From positions 12,400,001 through 12,464,000 of the forward strand of contig NC_047074.1 in assembly GCF_902459465.1 (NCBI RefSeq): a stretch of DNA of 64,000 nucleotides. Direction: 5' to 3'. A program made the translations under genes and the position numbers. Source of the DNA: Asterias rubens. Lineage: Eukaryota. The notes under the pieces are model-generated. The model did no database searches. It was not told the DNA's origin and saw only the letters and a program-made list of their open reading frames with translations. Numbering within the stretch: position 1 is the stretch's first letter; each line of letters starts with the position of its first letter. Shown here in pieces: positions 48,501 through 61,168 of the stretch.

Positions 48501-51500
48501 ATTTATTCATTTGGGTTTTACCACTGTGCAAAATTAATTGAATGTTTATTGATTTGGGTGATTACCACTGTGCAAAATTAAGTGAATATTCATTTATTTT
48601 GGTATTACCCTGAGGACAAGTTTATGGGCCCAATTCAAAAATCCTGAAATTGGGCTAAGAAATGTTTGCTCAGTGATTTTAAAGTACAGCCGATCCTCTT
48701 TTTAAAACCAGCAGTGTTGATTCAAGCTTTTAATTGTGCTTTTGGGTTGTTCTTGCAATTAACTTTAAAATAATTACATATTTTATATATGTATTTATAT
48801 TTTTTTTTATACCAACTATTTTTACTTGTAAATGTACTTTTTCAGCCTGCTTGGTCGCCAGTGCAGTTAATAAATAAACCATAATAATAATAAAAAGCAC
48901 AGTGATAAAAGAGTACATTCATTCTGAATTTGTGTTTCTTTGTTTTGCTGTTCTCTTATAACAACTTCAAGCCTGGAATTACACGCAGACCAAGCTCTTG
49001 GCCTTGGTGCCCCTTCAAAAGTTTTCCAATGGAAGTGCCCTTTGCAAAATGAAAATGGCCTCGCACTTTTAAAGATGAAATTCTAGGCCTGTAGCGTATA
49101 TAAAAGGGTAATTTGGCCAGTAATTTGGCCAGTCCCAGGGATCTTGTTACAACGATTAGGGTACAAATCCAAAAAACCCTGCATTAAAAAGTGGATGTAT
49201 TTTAAGACCCCTGGAAAACTCCTCTTTCGAAGTTACATATCCAGGTTTGTGATTTCCAGTGACATCAAGTTTTAAATTTCTCTCTGTATGAGTATCAAAT
49301 CAAATAACATTTAAAAACCGTTATCACATTGGATTGGAGAATTTTACCTTGGAGACCCTTGTTTTAGATTATCTGGGGATACGGTAAAATTAAACAAGAT
49401 TTGTCTCAAACCCAGGTAAATGTGACTCAACTTGGACTCAAGTTGAAGTCCAGAGCATCTCTAAAATTGTTTGAATTCATACCATGGAGTGATGTTCCCA
49501 CTGAGCGTGCGATGGCAGATGAGGAGTCCGTGAGGAGGATCTGTAGATTGCTGGCGACACTCTCTGAGACTCCAAGAAGACCCCAAAGTAAGGTGAAGAT
49601 TCCTTGACACGGATGCCGTAATAGTGATACTTAGACTGCCCTCGTGTGCCTAGACGGCGTGTTTGTAGCTCTGGAAATACCTGACGGATCACCTGGTAGG
49701 GGACAGAATTGGTTTTTTTTTTTTTTTTCACAATTCAATCGTGGGAGTGGGCTTATATTGGGACAAAAGTAACTTGTGACTTGACTTGACTTGAGCAAAG
49801 ATGACTTGTGACCATAGAACTATTCATTCATTCATTCATTCATAATTGTTTTATTATTTTAAAAACAAATTCCCATGGCGACCGGAGGTCGAATTACAGG
49901 AAAATATACAGAGATTAAAAAAAAAGAAAAAATCACACACTATATATATTGACTAGAGCGCTAACACCCTGTTATACACGCACTACGGTTTTGAAGCCGT
50001 GTGGGCGCATCCATGTTTATGTACAAACCAATACAAAAGCTTGAAATTTTGTACGCCAATTGTACGGCTATTTGCATGACAGTGCGTTTGTTCTTTTCTA
50101 TGTGTCATCAAACAAAAAAATGCAGCAAATGTGAACGCACAATCTGTTGATGAGCGTACAAACTGCGAGCATGCATGTGCGTCATGTTTAAAAGGCGCAT
50201 TAACTTTTTTAGTACGTCAATCAAGTCGGACTTACGGTTTTCGTAGCCTGGACGTACGTGAATGCGCAGTAGCGTAAGTAAGCGCACTTGCCGAATGTAA
50301 AAAAAATCGCGTCAATGTGTGTTCTCTTAAAATTGAAATCATTCCGTAGTCCACGCAACACATCAAACATGTCTGCGCCCAGGGTGGCTTCAAAACGCGG
50401 AGCAAGTTAGCGCTCTAGTCAATATATATAGCTCTATGCCTGTGACTTGACTTGAGCAAAAATACGTACAGACCCTATTGATTGGCAAATGCAATAGAGA
50501 TGTGCACTAAGCAGATGCACAATCGCGTCTGCATTACGCAGCCATTTAGCCGCATACATAACAGCGCAATGTTCCCTCATTTTGCCAACCAAATAAATGT
50601 TAGTTACTTAGTGCACATGCACTATGTGCAATTTACATATTACATGGGAAAGGTCTATTAGTTTCAGACCTGTTCTAAACCATGAAGACAAGTTTACAAA
50701 CCTTTCCAAAGCTAGCACTGTTCACTGGGGGAAACTGGTTCTTGAAGCAGAAATCAGAATAATGCGCGTATATCAGACAGCGTGGCAGCGACACTCCTGC
50801 GATTGCTTCGTAATGCTGAGACAACCTGTAATCAATAACAGGCCAAACATACTGTCAATCATATCATATCGTGTTAAACCCGGTTCATACTTCATGCGAA
50901 CACAAAACGAATTTTGACGCTTCAAAGCTGTTTTCGCAGCGAATGTTTCTCAGGAGTTAAACACAGTTCAACTGTTGCAAATTTGCAATGTCAAAATTGG
51001 TATTGCATTCGCAGGAAGTTTGAAGCAGGCGTTAGGCAGAATTGATGCCTAGGGCTGGGTCCGATTTTACAAGGAGCAAAGAGCACTTAATTGTGAACCA
51101 ATCATGATTGCTTAGCAAAGTGTGGTATCACTTGTAACACTCACTGACAATTCAACTTTAGATGAATCTTATACTTTTTCAATTCGCGCCAGGGCGACAA
51201 CTGGGCATATTCGAATGTTGGGTCCCGTTAAAATGAGTGTTTGTGTGTTGTCTCATTCTCCACTTCAAAATCCAACTTGACAAGGCCCCCTTTCCACCTC
51301 TTGTTTAGCACTGTACGGGAACAATCTACATGGCAAAGTAATCACATGGTGTTGTCATCACAGACCAAACAAACACCCCACCTTACAATGCTTCAAATCA
51401 CACTCTAGTGTAAAGTTTATACAAAAAGGGCAAAGAAAATATGCCTACCACTGTAAAGTCAGAAGAGCTTGCAACCTGTTTGGCTCAAACGGAAATGGTT

Positions 51501-52854
51501 CTCTAGCTTTGGAGTCAAGGACGGCAAAATTCTCCTGGTTTGACTCAACTCTGTCATCAGCTGGAATCACTAATTGAGGAATTTGTAGGTAAAATTAAAA
51601 TTATTTTCCACCGTGAAAAACAACTTAGTTTTACCCCCAAGTTTAAAAAACTGATGATGATGATCATACGCCTCATGTCCAAAGATCTTGTGCATGAAAT
51701 TAGACTAATTCTGTCTTCTTTTTAATATAGGACTGTAGAAATGATAGCGTCGTGATCTAAGCAGGCTTGTGGCTGTACAAGGAATTATGAAATCTCACCC
51801 AGTTATTGCATGTGCGCACCCTCCCCCTTCATATCACGACATTATATGGAGGGTGCGTGCATGCATACAGTGCCAAAATTCCACGTAAGCGATGATGATA
51901 AACTAACAATCATTTTTCATTGGACATAGCAGGACTTAAAGGAACATGTTGCCTTGGATCGGACGAGTTGGTCTGTAAAAAGCGTTTGAAACCGTTTGTT
52001 ATAAAATGCATATTGGTAGAAAGATGTTGTAAAAGTAGACTACAATGATCCACACAAACATGTCTCGAAATTGCGTGGTTTTCCTTTTACTTTGCAAACT
52101 AACACTGTCGGTCATTTATGGGAGTCAAAAATTTGACTCCCATAAATGGTCAACTGTGTTAGTTGACGAGGTAAAAGAAAAACCGTGCAATTTCGAGACA
52201 TGTTTGTGTGGATCATTGTATTCTACTTTTACAACATCTTTCTACCAATATGCATTTTATAATAAACGGTTGCAAACGCTTTTCAAAGACCAACTCGACC
52301 GATCCAAGGCACAACGTGTTCCTTTTAACCTCGTTCTTGAAGTAGAAAAGCAATTTCCCTCTAGTAGGGGCACTTCTATGACTATAAGGACATTGTAAAT
52401 ATCTATATTGGAAAGGGCACCGCAGCACCATCTGAACTTCAACCTAAGAGATCCCACAGTTGTCATCACTAGAAATCATAACCCACTCACCCTTAGAATC
52501 CCTTCCTCTAGAACCAACGCCTTTCATAAATCTTACTTCCCCAATTACTGCTAAAGACTGGAATTCACTCCCCTACTTAACAACCTCGTCACTAGCCCCA
52601 CTAAGTTTCGGCGTACACTCATAGGTGTGCATAACATCGACTTGGACTGAGGAGTTCCTCCCTCCTGACCTAACCTCGTTGAGTGTTGTTCCTAGTAAGG
52701 AGCTGTTCAATTATTATATCAAGTCAAGTCAAGCACATGTAGGTCAGGCCTGCACCTTGTCATGAAAGTGTTAATAATTGATTGAGGTACCTTGTTTGAT
52801 TATTTTGGGAGCTTCTTCTGAATCCATGTGATCTCCAGCAGCATCAGCCAACAT
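36561..52854 (-). CDS. RFX-family winged-helix transcription factor, RFX4/6/8 subfamily, 16 coding exons, about 808 aa
   Basis: Exons 5'->3': 52791-52854, 51449-51560, 50702-50825, 49483-49692, 48035-48148, 46720-46797, 45815-45984, 45474-45574, 44009-44067, 42946-43093, 42064-42158, 40785-40899, 40252-40371, 37823-38508, 36948-37061, 36561-36677 (2427 nt, phases consistent). DBD TLQWL..HY...[13 protein letters not shown]....VNSASFGK|[26 protein letters not shown]; TLLPEFP; VCDNILY; [12 protein letters not shown]; FLLQWS; [10 protein letters not shown]. First exon and last three exons are less certain. Confidence 0.88.
38648..38949. mobile_element. TTAA-flanked Kolobok-like MITE, family D
   Basis: TTAA|AGGAACATTCCAGAATTGG...CCAATTCTGTAATGTTCCT|TTAA. 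Confidence 0.8.
39389..39518. mobile_element. Internally deleted Kolobok-like MITE, family B
   Basis: AGGGACACGTTGCCTTGGATCGGGCGAGTTGGTC...GACCAACTCGCCCAATCTAAGGCAACATGTCCCT|TTAA. Confidence 0.8.
41641..41990 (-). mobile_element. tRNA-derived SINE with Deu/Nin-like core
   Basis: Reverse B-box GGGATTCGAACCC, core GGTACCCATTTACCCCTGGGTGGAG...AAGTGTCTTGCTCAGGGACAC, (ATT)n tail; domain assignment from memory. Confidence 0.65.
42576..42752. mobile_element. Near-perfect palindromic MITE
   Basis: GGCCGAGTCACACTGCAGCGATAAC...GTTATCGCTGCAGTGTGACTCAGCC. Confidence 0.85.
44374..45139 (+). mobile_element. Tandem trimer (about 257-bp unit) of tRNA-derived SINE flanked by a single 15-bp TSD
   Basis: Units start 44406, 44664, 44921; A-box TAGTCTAGTTGG, B-box GGTTCGAATCCC; TSD AATAGCCATTTCTTC at 44359-44373 and 45140-45154. 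Confidence 0.9.
47086..47692. mobile_element. Harbinger-like MITE (CTG TSD) with nested Kolobok-like family A element (47270-47651, reverse)
   Basis: CTG|GGCCCAATTTCG...ATGAAATTGGCCC|CTG enclosing a family A copy ending GCCT|TTAA. Confidence 0.8.
48211..48610. repeat. 44-bp minisatellite, about 9 copies, RFX intron
   Basis: Unit TTACCACTGTGCAAAATTAATTGAATATTTATTTATTTGGGTGA. Confidence 0.95.
49949..50422. mobile_element. Non-autonomous DNA element inserted in (TA)n
   Basis: TATA-TTGACTAGAGCGCTAAC...GTTAGCGCTCTAGTCAA-TATA. Confidence 0.8.
51940..52324. mobile_element. Kolobok-like MITE family B (relatives near 33040-33432 and 36775-36930)
   Basis: TTAA|AGGAACATGTTGCCTTGGATCGG...CCGATCCAAGGCACAACGTGTTCCT..TTAA. 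Confidence 0.85.
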
Positions 52855-53143
52855 TTAGTTGTCCGCCGTTACACATCGGTAGGAATTATGGCTGGCACTT
52901 TACGTCATTGTGTGGCCTGAGTGTGTTTTAAAAAGTTAAGTAGGCCAAATCCAATACTTTTTAAACAATTTTCATCACATCAAATGATAAGAAAACAAAT
53001 TTAGGAACTGTTTCAATTGTCTTCCTTTACTCATCGGTGGGGAACCCATGGCTGGCACTCTGCACTGCAACAGTTATTAATTATTGATTAATTGTGCAAA
53101 GTAAAAATAGGCCTAACTCAATCTTTCTTAATCTTAACAACAG

Positions 53144-53424
53144 GGCCCAATTTCATAGCGCTGCTTAGCGGCCGATTTTATGCTTACTGTGCAATTTCTA
53201 TTTCATAGTGCTGCTAACTGTAAGCACACGAAAAGGCATGCTAACCTTCCGGTGCTTACCGCACAAAAATAAATGACATTACAATTCAACTCCACGGTAA
53301 ACACGCAATATGGCCGCCCAATTTTTCTGCTAAACTGTGAAATATGCTAAGGCTTAAGCAAATTTTTCTGCTACAGTAAGCACGCAAATTTGCTTACCGT
53401 TAAGCAGCGCTATGAAATTGGGCC
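53144..53424. mobile_element. Harbinger-like MITE with CAG TSD
   Basis: CAG|GGCCCAATTTCATAGCGCTGCTTA...TAAGCAGCGCTATGAAATTGGGCC|CAG. Confidence 0.88.
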
Positions 53425-54094
53425 CAGATCATGATCATCACATCGAAAGCAGAATAAGAAAACAAATAAAAGACGTCATGGAAAAGTTTCCGTATGGCGC
53501 CACCACTTTTTCATTCGAAATGAAATAATATAGTATCTAATTTACCTGATTGATATATCCCTTTTTGTAAAAATGAGTGAAAAAGTGGTGGCGCCATACG
53601 GAAAGTTATCCCTTTGCATGTATTGGTATTGTATTGTATGGGGACTGGTGTATTTTCCAGTAGGTGCCTACATCCCTCCAGAGGAATATTGTCGCACATG
53701 GAACAGTGCACTCAATCGTCAAAAACAAGAGTGCCAACTAAAGCGCCACTCCCTTTTAATAGTTAAATTCAAGTTCGACACTTCAATATATGCTGCAGTA
53801 GTTGTACCGCATACACGTCACTGCACTGGCTGCAGTTATGGGTGTGCGAGTGCCGTAACAAAGGACGGACCAGTCAAATTTTACCAGACCAAAAACACTA
53901 GTTGTAACTAGACTTTACAAATAAAAACAGAGACATTTAGCAGAACCAGTTTTGTCTATGAACATACCTCTTTTAACTTGAGCCTTGTGACGTTCCAGGT
54001 TTCCTCCGAAATTGGTTGTACTTTATTTCTTAAAATTCGTTGAAAAAAACACGAAGCACAAACAAGAGAAACAGACGTCAAGGAACAAACCTTA

Positions 54095-54354
54095 GGCCGT
54101 GTCCGAATTGGCGACTTCGGCTACAGCTACGGCTAGTTCAGCACGCCTGTCAGTGTTGAAGAATAGCAGACGCGCGCGCCCTAGCCGTAGCTGTAGCCGA
54201 AGTCGCAAATTCGGACACGGCCTGAGGCCGTGTCCGAAACGGCGACTTCGGCTACAGCTACGGCTAGATCGCGCGCGTCTGCCTATTTTTTAACACTGGT
54301 AGAAGCGCTGATCTAGACGTAGCTGTAGCCGAAGTCGTCGTTTCGGACACGGCC
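54095..54354. mobile_element. Two adjacent Tourist-like MITEs (54095-54222, 54226-54354)
   Basis: GGCCGTGTCCGAA...TTCGGACACGGCC twice, separated by TGA. Confidence 0.85.
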
Positions 54355-55116
54355 TAGCTTTGCTACAACGCAACGTACAGCTAGTTTGATTTGCTGAAAG
54401 AACCCATTCGTGAAACCATTGCTGTGATTGGTCCAAAGTTAAAGCGTAGTTTGTCACACACACACCGCGGCCGTGGGTGTGAAAGCTAGGGACGGGAGCA
54501 TAATTATAGCATGCATGGCAGGCAGTCAATCCGACTCAATTAATTTTAAAACAACTACAACTTGCTTTTATTAGCAAAACATGTGAGCATTTCATGTGAG
54601 CTTTTATCAGCCTGCCAGTCTACCTAGTGTTGAATTGAATGACATTTTGGAACGGGAGGAAGTGGGAAATGCATCTGGCAATAATGCAAGCAGTGGTCTA
54701 ATCTTCATTTAGTCATTATAGACACTTAATTTCAAGCCTGAGATTACGGTTATTTATCCGCGCATCAGCCACGCAAAACTCTCCCACATAAATTAATTAG
54801 CTATCACTACGCCCCAACTCGTGATCATAGGGTAAGCGACAGAGGTTTATCCACAAGAGGGCGCTGTTTATCCGCTGGTGTACGTAGACTAAAATCCACG
54901 ATCACAGACTTGGAACCGAGTCTAGTAGTCACGCAGCAGAATCAAACAAGATTTGCAATAGTTGATACTTTTAATCATACGACGATATGGATTCAACAAA
55001 TAAAATTAAAAAAAGACTTCTAACACATCCGAAAGTTAAACCAAAATTAAGACTGGTTTGAACAACACACAATTGACAGTTGTGTATCAAAGTTCGTATA
55101 TTAAATAGAAGAACAT

Positions 55117-55343
55117 AGCTGCACGTACGCGAGCAAAAACGTGAACGTGAACGTCAGACAATTTTGTTTTAAAAAGCTCACGTTAGCATACGTGTGAAGT
55201 TAGCAATTCTCACGTCATATGTACGTCCGTCGTGCAGACGTCATACTTGCGCCGATGAAATAATCCCGAAGTAGACGTCACCCCGAAACGACACATTTCT
55301 CTGACGTTCACGTTCACGTTTTTGCTCGCGTAACGTACAGCTA
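55117..55343. mobile_element. Inverted-repeat element
   Basis: CGCGAGCAAAAACGTGAACGTGAACGTCAGA...TCTGACGTTCACGTTCACGTTTTTGCTCGCG. Confidence 0.75.
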
Positions 55344-56231
55344 AACCTCGCTATTAGAATCGGCCAGTGCCCCCCCCCCCCCCCCCCCCCCCCCCCTTAC
55401 CCCGATTTATGACATCGAAACCGCACACCCCGTATGGGAATTGATTAAAAAGAGGGCGCTACCAGATCTACAGAATCTCCTGCCACATATCGCAGTTTTT
55501 CAACAACAAAAAATCAATACAGTTACACTTGTTTTGTTGGTGTTTTAAATGGGATTTAGTGCAACGCGCTATAGGCTACATCAGTTTCATTATCTGAAAA
55601 TACTCTGAAAATTCTTTTTATAGATGTATATTATTGTGAGTGATTAATAGAACTGCCGTTGTGGCATAATATGGTCTATACACACGGAGGGCAAAACTGT
55701 CACCCTCTTCTGATAGCGCACTCTTTTGAACCCTTCTCCGGCCTATGTTTATTTCCCATGGGGGAAATAATTTCACGGGGCAGATTTTCCTAAGACAACC
55801 GGCCCGTGACAACCAAACTCCAGACACTTTCAAAGAAACATTGACATTTTTTTTTTTTCATTGGTAAAGAAAAATAATACAACCGATAGAAATACAACCG
55901 ATAGGCCCCCACATCGCAACATTTCAAGGTTGGTATGGACTTACACTACAAAAACACTTTGGGGTTTTTCTATGAGTAATGTGTGGCAGTAGATTTTGCC
56001 CCCCCCCCCCCCCCCCCGAGAGATTATGTCCCCCCACACGGCAAACTGTGTACAAACTTCTTCTGATAGCGCCCTCTTTTGAATCATCCTCTCCATTCAG
56101 CCCACGCACGTTAATTTCTTGTATGGGCAGCCAAGACAAGTTTCCCTTACACACCGCCATTACAACGTAATGTGGTCCAACCGAACAATAATAAAACAGT
56201 GCACATTAAAAACAGTGATAGGCTTAAACAA

Positions 56232-59200
56232 TTAAAGGCTAATGGATTTTACATGAAAAATGTACACGAAGACAGCACCAAACGCCATTCCTATTCGGGA
56301 GATTTCATGACGCAGTGCCTTTTTTGAAGACTGGGAGGCGGCAAATGCACAATCCTTTGCCGTCGGGTTGTCAGCACAAAACATATGGAGCACGTCTCTG
56401 AAATCAGACCAAAATAATTTACACCATCAGTAATATGGTTTGCACATTTTGTTTTATCTTTTTACACATGCCTTTTATTTGTGTATGTCTGTCACTGCCA
56501 TTGGTCATAAAAACAGCTTCAGCTGCGTGAATAAACAAACAAAATGGCCGATTGAAGATACTTACTCGGGCTGCAGCGTGCATGTAGACGAAATGCCTCT
56601 GTCATCGAGCATTGACCGTAGTGTCTCTATGGACTGAGATTCGCAAGTTTCACTGCAGAAAAAAAAACAGTTACAAACATTTGGTTCTGGATAGGTGGCA
56701 TGCCCCTCTTATACTGTGTCTCCATTGTGTTGTATGAATCTCGGGAATTTATGACCGAAGACAAAACAGAAAAGGGGAAACAAAGGGTCTCCATAAAAAA
56801 TATAGGGGAATTCTTAAGACCGGGTTGCTCCTTAAAGGCAGTGGACACTATTGGTAATTACTCAAAATAATTATTATCACAAAACCTTACTTGGAAATGA
56901 GTAATGAAGAGCTGTTGGTAGTATAAAACATTGTGAGAAACGGCTCCCTCTGAAGTAAAGTAGTTTTTGAGAAAGAAGTAATTTTCCAGGAATTTGATTT
57001 CAAGACCTCAGATTTAGAATTTGAGGTCTCAAAATCAAATATCTGAAAGCACACAATTTCGTGTGACAAGGGTGTTTTTCTTTCATTATTTACTCGCAAC
57101 TTCGACGACCAATTGATCTCAAACTTTCGCAGGCTTGTTATTTTATGCATATGTTGAGATACATCAAGTGAGAAGACTGGTGTTTGACAATTACCAATAG
57201 TGTCCAGTGTCTTTAAGGAATTTTGTGTACAAAGTATATTATGGGAGGTTCTTTGCTACAGGGACAAGGAAAGAACAAAGATGTCTCAAAAGGGATGTAA
57301 CAAATAGAATGTGTGTACAAGAAATATAAGTGAGTGTGTTATGGTTCAATGGGAACAGGGGGGGGGGCATCCTCTGGCACATATCGGGCATGGTATGGAA
57401 ACAAGTTGTACTTGAACTAAAACAATGCTAATGGTTATAACAATTGCAACATAGTTCACGCCATTAAAGTCGAGAGCATTGTAGAAATCAGCCGGCTATA
57501 GTTCTTTTATTGTGTTAACAATTCTTTACAGGATTTAAGGGGGTGGATAATGTATGCCACTCTCTCAACGTTTTAGATTTAAATTCACTCTGATCGATTG
57601 ATGAGTGACAAACTGCAGACGATTTTGTCCCTAAACTTCAAATCGATTACAAAGGGTGAATTTCAGTCTAAAACTTTTAGAAAGCACATTGTCGGGCATT
57701 TTATAAACTGTTGTGTATATGAAATAAAACAATGTTTTAAAGACGTTAAATACAATATTGGTTTACGTAATTAAAGAGATTGAAGGAAACTGGAAGTGGA
57801 ACCACTGAATCTTACCCTGGTGTTTCCTCAAGGAACGTTATTATGTAGATTTCCATAAGACTGATTTTCGATGAATCCATGTTTACCACTTCGTACTGCG
57901 CAAAAAAACTGAACAATAAAACAAAACTTTTAGTGTTGTGATTATATTAGTTATTTAAAAGCATATTCAATCGAAAAACAAAATGAAAGGTCGGTTAAAT
58001 GACGAAGCGTGGATATTTTTTGGAATTTTGATTCAACCCTATTCGTAAAAAAGAAATATTGCACCAGTACACGCATAAAGGTGTCCACAAAAAAGGTATC
58101 GACTGAAAACTCCAAAACATCACAGCAAAAAGGTGTAAAATAAAAAACACAAAAAAGGGAAAATTTACTATTTGGCATTTATTAGTTTGTTTGAAATCGT
58201 CGATCAATTATTGGTAACAGAGCAGCGTATAAAACTGACCAGAGATATATGTATCGAGAGAGTAGCGACATGCTGGAGAGACGATTTGTTGATAATCACG
58301 TGGTTGCTGGACGCTATTTTGATTTAATCCAAATGTAGCACAGACCAAATAAACCGTCCGTCGGTGTGGCACACGGGAGCAAGTTCGGGTGGCGACTAGA
58401 CTTGAATGCAACGACTAGACTAACCAGAAATCACACAGAGCACAGGGACTGTGTCGAACCATGGAGGAAACTCTTTCCTCCATGGTTGAACCACTGGACA
58501 ATGGTCGATATGGTCAACTCGAGAGCTACGTCACAGTTTCGAGTGGTCTTTCTGGTCAGTCTAGTCGCTCACCCGTACTTGCCCCAGTATGATGCGTAAG
58601 TGCAGTATTTTCTAACCGAAAATGACTTCTATATCGCAAGTATCGCAAGCCAGCGCCGGAGAGGAAGCCAAATGACATTTTGAAGGCCTTTTTACCTGTC
58701 GTTTGTGTGGAATGCACCTCCAGGTCTGTTGCTGTTGACAATGAACTTCACTTTACCGGCGCCGTACTTTCCAAACTGAAAAATAAAAGGTGTATTTTCT
58801 TGGATATGGGAAAGCTTGTTACTTGGCCCCTGCTTGAAACGCGGCTAGGCAAAAACGTGAACGTTTCCATGCATTGTTTTAATGGTGGTCAAAGACATCA
58901 TGTGCAATCCATCTATCTCCATAGTCGGTATTGAACTTACGTATACAGAAGCAGCAGCCCAGAAAGCATCGATAGAACCTTCAGGGAAGTCGCCGCCACA
59001 ATCGCCCTTCTGTGGGCACGAGTCATACTTTATGCCTGGATATTCGGTCTGGCCACAGAAGTACAGATAGCCGTTCATAATGTAGCCAACCAGTGTGAAC
59101 TCAAGAGTCAAACCACGGTGGCCGTCATTGACGTAAGATCTGACGTCAGAGTATACGTCAAAACCATCCCAGTATACCGCCTAAAATAAATCAAAACAAC

Positions 59201-60385
59201 ATAACATTATTATTCAATCTATACGGAGCTCTGCTCGATCTTTGATGAAACGTGCACGCATGAAGGGCTAGGCCGTGTCCAAAATAGCGGCTAAAGCTAC
59301 GGCTACGGCTAGATTTACGCGTGATCATGCGTTGAGGTATAGGACGTCCTTAGCAACACCCTTAGCAACAGCCGTAGCTTATAGCCATAGCCGCCAACTC
59401 GGATTCGGCCTATCATTGGCTGAGAGTGTACATCAAAGATGTTGGTCAATGACGTCATGTGCGATCCATCTATTTTGCATCTTCTTCGTTCCCTGCATCG
59501 GTCGTTCGCCAGACCTCACATAATTATTAAAAACAATCACAAACCAAAATGTGCAAGGTTTACATCCATCAGTATAATCGTAGGTCGAGGGTTACTGGGG
59601 CTGTAAAGGGATTAAAGTACCAAGTACTTACTTGGTTAGCTGGTATACTTGTTGCGGCTTCATTGACGAAGTCTGCGTACATGTCCAGCGTGACATTACA
59701 TGGGTCGCGGTACACGAAAGCTTCGAGAAATAACTCCCATAACAACGTGCAATTTTTCGTTCTAGTTTGAAAAAGGGGAAAAATTTACGTTTAGAAAAAA
59801 TAAAACACAAAGAAAACACAGTCAATATTCACCTGTTAACGAATTTCAAACTTCGACCTTTATGTCATTTTGAGAATAATGATTATGGCGGACACATGAC
59901 TTTTGGATTTGGGTAAATCTGTCTGTATACACCCAAACCAAACCAAACCAAACCAAACCAAACCAAACCAGTGCACTATCAAATGTCCACCATATTATCT
60001 GAAAAAAGGTTATGTCTCATCTGTACATGCCTCACTGCGTCATTAGGTTTGTTTTGGTCAATAATATTTTGAGCAATGACCTTCATAAAGTTTTTGTGAA
60101 AAACACAAACTGAACGTCTTGAACCAAGTCTAAAAGATCGCAACGGTGATCGGGAACGGGGGGAAATTCAAGGCTAATAGTCCTCCTGATTGAGTCGCCT
60201 TACCTGAGTTCTTCAGAATCCACATGTGGATAAACATGACCTCCTATGTATTCTGCACATCTTCCTTTGAATATGACCTCCAGGTCAGGGGTCGTACCCG
60301 GACCAGTAAAGGTCAAACATCTGCACAGAACCGCACTGCTGGCGAGGAGTAGAATACTCCGTGCTACATCTATGGGACCAAACAT
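56232..60385 (-). CDS. ADP-ribosyl cyclase (CD38/BST1 family), 7 coding exons, 325 aa, signal peptide and hydrophobic C-tail
   Basis: Exons 60204-60385, 59632-59761, 58941-59180, 58696-58775, 57816-57908, 56566-56652, 56232-56397 (978 nt). GPGTT...IFKGRC, NCTLLW..F..AF..RDPCNVT, TLEFTL, FWAAAS, SFFAQYEV (catalytic Glu position), conserved Cys spacing. Probable non-coding upstream exon with donor at 60718. Confidence 0.92.
56836..57212 (+). mobile_element. Kolobok-like MITE family A
   Basis: TTAA at 56832-35 and 57213-16. Confidence 0.88.
59271..59410. mobile_element. Tourist-like MITE
   Basis: GGCCGTGTCC...GGATTCGGCC. Confidence 0.65.
59933..59970. repeat. (CCAAA)n microsatellite
   Basis: About 7 copies. 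Confidence 0.9.
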
Positions 60386-61168
60386 TATTCGGTCTGGGGT
60401 TTGTTGTACCTGCAAACAGCAATTTCAAGGATAAAGGTGATACGGCGTAACAGTAACTCAACAACTGGTGATACAGAGCGGTACCAACTCAAGATTTCCC
60501 AGCTTTAAAGTTTTGCCTGAATGAATAAATTTGCATAGAAATTAAAGTTCCTTTATTGCATCACTAATTCACTTAAATCCTACAAAAACTGTGTGGAAGG
60601 AAATGCATAAAAGAGGCTTGTCCTCGCTGGGTTTGTCAATTAATAGACAAACTGTACAATGATGTCCTGGTTTACTGAAACCTCAAAAGGTTGGTCCAAA
60701 CACAATGGCGAGACTTACCTCGTAAATATTTCCAAACGAATCGCGAAGAAAACTTCAGCAACTGTTGTGTCTCTCCTCGGAGTCAAAATGCTATTAATGC
60801 CAAGCTCAATAAATTCCCCCAACCTTGGCAAAGCTAATTATGAGCCATTAGATTTTACCGTATAGTGCTATACTACTAATGCCATATTTGAGCATGTGGA
60901 AAGAAATACCTTTGTCAATTTGTTACGCCATTACACCCCGATAAAAGGACAAAGTATGCCGCTGAGTGCTTCTGGTGAATCGCGGGTGCAAGATAATGAG
61001 AGTAAATTACGCTGGTTCACAAATTAGTGGGGCATGGGGTTGTCGGGCACTTAGTACTCGGTCTTTGATATCTATAGTGTGGCTTATTGGTGGTGATAAT
61101 GCTGACCTAAATTAATATTGGAATCAATCTGAGCACATTTAAAGCTGTTTCTTGTTTTTCATTGTTAA

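Noticed and set aside
48211-48610. CRISPR-like regular repeats
   Set aside because: Head-to-tail units with no unique spacers, in a eukaryotic intron.
56566-56652. Considered as a 5' UTR exon of the RFX gene
   Set aside because: Phase and sequence (ETCESQSIETLRSML..C) fit exon 6 of the ADP-ribosyl cyclase.
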